Source of the DNA: Nemertoderma westbladi
Lineage: Eukaryota; Animalia; Xenacoelomorpha
Length of the DNA: 32,915 bases
Assembly: GCA_032718475.1 (NCBI GenBank)
Contig: JAUCBJ010008518.1
Span: 1 to 32,915 of the forward strand
Direction of reading: 5' to 3'
The notes beneath the pieces are model-generated. The model was not told the DNA's origin and made no database searches. It saw nothing but the letters and a program-made list of their open reading frames with translations. Of the stretch, positions 30,501 through 32,915 are shown one piece after another. A program made the translations under genes and the position numbers. The first letter of the stretch is position 1. Each line of letters opens with the position of its first letter.

Positions 30501-32915
30501 TTGGATCCTGGTAGTCAAATATCAGCTGTCGATCAAAAGTTAGCCAATGAGCTCGGCCTAAAAGGTAAAGAAACCTCGATTAAAATAGGCACAATCAACT
30601 CGGAAGGTAAACCAATAAAGTCTCTGTTAAGCTCCGTGGAGGTCTTGCCCACAGATGGTGATAGCTCGTTTGAAATATCTGACACCTGGGTATTACCCAA
30701 ACTTAATATTACACGTCAGCGATTTGATTGGCCAAAAATCAAGGGTTTTTGGACTCACTTACGCGATTTGAATTTACCGCGCATTGATTCGGATAAAGTG
30801 AGCGTTCTATTGGGTGCTGATGTATTTAATATTATTCGCCAGTTAGATTATAGGTCTGGTCCACCTGGTTCACCATCTGCTGTTCTTACTAATTTTGGTT
30901 GGGCTTGCACCTCGAATGTTCCGCTATTCCCATTGTGTGATAGTGAGCGGAGAGATATTTTACATACACATGTAGAAACTACCTCGAGTGCTCGTTCGCT
31001 GGTTAATCCAAAGTCCTCAGGTAGTTTGCATGATCTCGTAGCCGAATTCTGGAGAACAGAATCATTCGGTGTTAACCCTGGTGGTGACCTACCTCTTTCT
31101 AAGAAAGATGCCTTGGCTCTGGAGATGTTGAGAGACACCACTAGTTGCATAGATGGTCGCTATGAGACTGGCCTATTGTGGCGCTCCCCGTCTGTTTATC
31201 TCCCTGATAATTACCAGTCTGCTCTTAGGCGTTTAAAGTCCACTGAGAGACGCTTAAGTCGCGATTCCTCATTAGAAGTGCGCTATGACGAGATATTGCG
31301 AAGCTACATTGATAAAGGATTCGCAGTTAAAGTTCCACCAGGAGAGCTAGAGGGCCCCCCTGGTCGTGTTTGGTATTTGCCCCACCACCCAGTAATTAAT
31401 CCGAATAAACCTAGTAAGATTCGAATAGTATTCGATGCCTCGGCTCGTTACCATGGTGTTTCCCTAAACGATAAACTCCTCCGTGGCCCGGATTTTCTCG
31501 CCAGTTTAGTAGGAGTCTTGTTGCGCTTTCGAGAGAAACATGTGGCGATTTCCGGAGACATTACTGCGATGTACCACCAAGTAGGAGTGCGGCGTGAAGA
31601 CCAAGATTGTCTTCGCTTTCTCTGGGGTGGTGTTAAGCGTGATGGCCCGCCTGCGGTTTATAGGATGTTGAGACAGATTTTTGGTGCCATAGACTCCTCG
31701 TGCATCTGTTTTTACAATCTCCTTCGTACTGCTGAAGATAACAAATATATATTTCCAGATGTAGCCCCCAGAGTGGCTCTGTGTTTTTATGCTGACAATT
31801 ATTTCGATTCATGCAATACTGAATCTGAGGCGATTGAGCGTGTATCTCAGATGAAAGCGCTTCTCTCTTTGGGGGGATTTCATCTTGGGCAGTGGGTCTC
31901 ATCATCTCGCCAAGTTCTAGGTTCTGTCCCTTCTTCTGATCTTGCAGACCCTTTGTTGAATCTTGATTTGGACGAATTACCGGTTGAGAGAGCGTTGGGT
32001 GTTCGGTGGAACTGTTCGAGTGATTGTTTTGTCTTTGAGCACAAAATTTCAGATTCTGATGCGCCCCCTAGCAGGCGGATTGTGCTTGCTAAAGTTGCCT
32101 CGCTATTTGACCCATTGGGGCTTATCTCCCCGGTTGTATTGGTTGCCAAGGTGCTCCTTCAGGATATATGGAGGCAAGTTACATCTTGGGATACCAAATT
32201 GCCTGATAATTTAGTTCTCCGTTGGCAGTCATGGCTCAAAGACTTGCCCAATATTGATCAAGTGTCGATCCCCCGTTGTTTATTTAATGATAATACCTTT
32301 AATTCCAGCACTCAACTTCATTTATTTTCAGATGCTTCTGAACTTGGTTTTGGTGCTGTGGCCTACATTCGTACTGTGTATAGTTGTGGAGACATCAGTG
32401 TCTCGTTTACTATGTCTAAATCCCGTGTGGCGCCTGTGAAACAATTGTCCATCCCCAGACTTGAGCTTCAAGGCGCTATAACTTCCGTCCGACTGTCTGG
32501 ACTTGTACAAAATGAACTAACTATTGAGTTTAATGATGTTTATTTTTGGGTGGATTCAGTAACTTGTTTGCGTTGGGTATTTTCGCAAAACTGCCGGTTT
32601 ATGCCATTTGTTGCCCACCGTATTGGTGAGATATTGGATACCGCTGAGCCCCGGCAGTGGCGCTACGTACCTACTGCTGTGAACCCCGCTGATTTCTGTA
32701 GCCGTGGTATGAATGCGTCTGATTTGACACCTGATCACCCGTGGTTTTGTGGTCCCGATTTTTTGAAATTATCTGAGTCCGAGTGGCCTGATTTCCCTGT
32801 GGTTGATTTGAGACCTGATCCGGATGATTGTGAAATTAAAGTCACCTTTACTATAAGCTGTGACGTTATTTGGATATGTGAGTACATAAAACGTTTTTCT
32901 AATCTCGCACGATCT
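27546..32915 (+). CDS. BEL/Pao retrotransposon Gag-Pol polyprotein, 3'-truncated by the window end (absent from the ORF track, presumably because no stop is reached)
   Basis: Sampled segments all lie in the frame of ATG 27546: gag PFDGSPIKWPGF; knuckles CSCC...H...C, CFVC...H...C, C...C...HHTLLH; protease ALLDPGS; RT WYLPHHPV...KIRIVFDASA...GDITAMYHQV...FYADN; RNase H LFSDAS, SIPRLEL, WVDS, NPADFCSRG. Confidence 0.93.
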   Translation, partial: MSDAESDIVSGATSGGLPAKGNGSLHGSLSSPRLGDGTTTSDGEDKSRLEPLESRPGSSDTGTRFEGFDTADLEVLDPDIAFYPADDLEASPAVTDSQRPIRLKDAKITRANTKRRLTCLAAKLHSLVDSRGSRTLIQGFLGELNEDFDDCVRSHSKCLQYLDPGTDSKSKAIEEEWLAAVREGYRRCRSEAESYLASRRGEPSSAGGSKSKVSSSRSPGGGINSSKRQLEEKRLKLQQFERDRELREKELALNNRKQLRRLQNEVELLELSVRTEEIENREAGVANLRERVLADFLEDEDSNRAGGVQPVPNYPLASRRSNPFPGHPLSDPVTQLTVESPRYPPSNVPVIHSSNEITSNNILQSSCQSCPIIDTVFKPSQCNSSLATNTVSDCNMNRKSGVIFSISSGSFVQSLPVPIISSVESVPLRVLNKDTTGNNFINISVPNFVAVEHPTTATLPRFNQRTIFPFDSNSINNYKPLSNCNSTWALSSPEFVPRGFASPDSNLVSGLKGVCAPVSYMYGGSTNDSVHCVPCTATGLRPEYASDPVYRPSGQPFGGPERCPGRPIVNGPASEPVVSATYDLPSFSSRPVNRSKVSGRVDDWIDSPDSDDRSDALFGGHGPIDLQALFKVPIDPFDGSPIKWPGFISSFRALVHDRIPNDAIRLSILRNLLSPEIRNSVAATIDDPTLYYETLRDIRRIYGDKHLIASSHIKQLFSVQNVNSSDFESLKSFSLKLHGSVSALDKCGYKDDLYSANNLNVLVDKLPNPLQHEWSKKVVAIQPGRPSLKDFDDWISYKVSCGRAIESTLKIRPSSNTSQPQFKHNNNPRILREKSKAVTPKSSTFSPTVLATGGGPSKQLESEKCSCCELSHTVEDCDKFKKLSLAERAELVREKGMCFVCLKTRHRAADCSIKEPCKAPSGCKKRHHTLLHDAPPVYGNSKSSRFRSKHVGSTSCDSTPSTVALQIVPLRVRSSAGKVVETFALLDPGSQISAVDQKLANELGLKGKETSIKIGTINSEGKPIKSLLSSVEVLPTDGDSSFEISDTWVLPKLNITRQRFDWPKIKGFWTHLRDLNLPRIDSDKVSVLLGADVFNIIRQLDYRSGPPGSPSAVLTNFGWACTSNVPLFPLCDSERRDILHTHVETTSSARSLVNPKSSGSLHDLVAEFWRTESFGVNPGGDLPLSKKDALALEMLRDTTSCIDGRYETGLLWRSPSVYLPDNYQSALRRLKSTERRLSRDSSLEVRYDEILRSYIDKGFAVKVPPGELEGPPGRVWYLPHHPVINPNKPSKIRIVFDASARYHGVSLNDKLLRGPDFLASLVGVLLRFREKHVAISGDITAMYHQVGVRREDQDCLRFLWGGVKRDGPPAVYRMLRQIFGAIDSSCICFYNLLRTAEDNKYIFPDVAPRVALCFYADNYFDSCNTESEAIERVSQMKALLSLGGFHLGQWVSSSRQVLGSVPSSDLADPLLNLDLDELPVERALGVRWNCSSDCFVFEHKISDSDAPPSRRIVLAKVASLFDPLGLISPVVLVAKVLLQDIWRQVTSWDTKLPDNLVLRWQSWLKDLPNIDQVSIPRCLFNDNTFNSSTQLHLFSDASELGFGAVAYIRTVYSCGDISVSFTMSKSRVAPVKQLSIPRLELQGAITSVRLSGLVQNELTIEFNDVYFWVDSVTCLRWVFSQNCRFMPFVAHRIGEILDTAEPRQWRYVPTAVNPADFCSRGMNASDLTPDHPWFCGPDFLKLSESEWPDFPVVDLRPDPDDCEIKVTFTISCDVIWICEYIKRFSNLARS

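Overview
AT-rich animal (invertebrate-like) genomic DNA, not prokaryotic. The left part holds two intact, intronless, co-oriented genes: a CYP2-clan cytochrome P450 (4277-5767) and a vitamin K-dependent gamma-glutamyl carboxylase, GGCX (7109-9448), among decayed retroelement and MITE fragments. The middle (about 10.2-17.8 kb) is a repeat field: a perfect (GACAC)301 array, a 68-bp minisatellite inside inverted repeats, a 56-bp triplication, two ~380-410-bp microsatellite-headed repeat copies and a (GGACACTTCCCCCCC)7 array. The right part is a nest of three transposons on the + strand. A THAP/P-element-type transposase (855 aa when reconstructed) is split by a very young, complete 5201-bp Ty3/Gypsy (Mag-like) LTR element with 247-bp LTRs, 1 mismatch and a GGTGG target-site duplication. 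A BEL/Pao element follows, with a single gag-pol ORF running off the window end. The most notable observation is that the Gypsy insertion plus its TSD forms a GT...AG segment (20009-25214) whose removal would exactly restore the transposase frame, making it a candidate retrotransposon-made intron. Family assignments come from motif recognition by eye; no database search was run.
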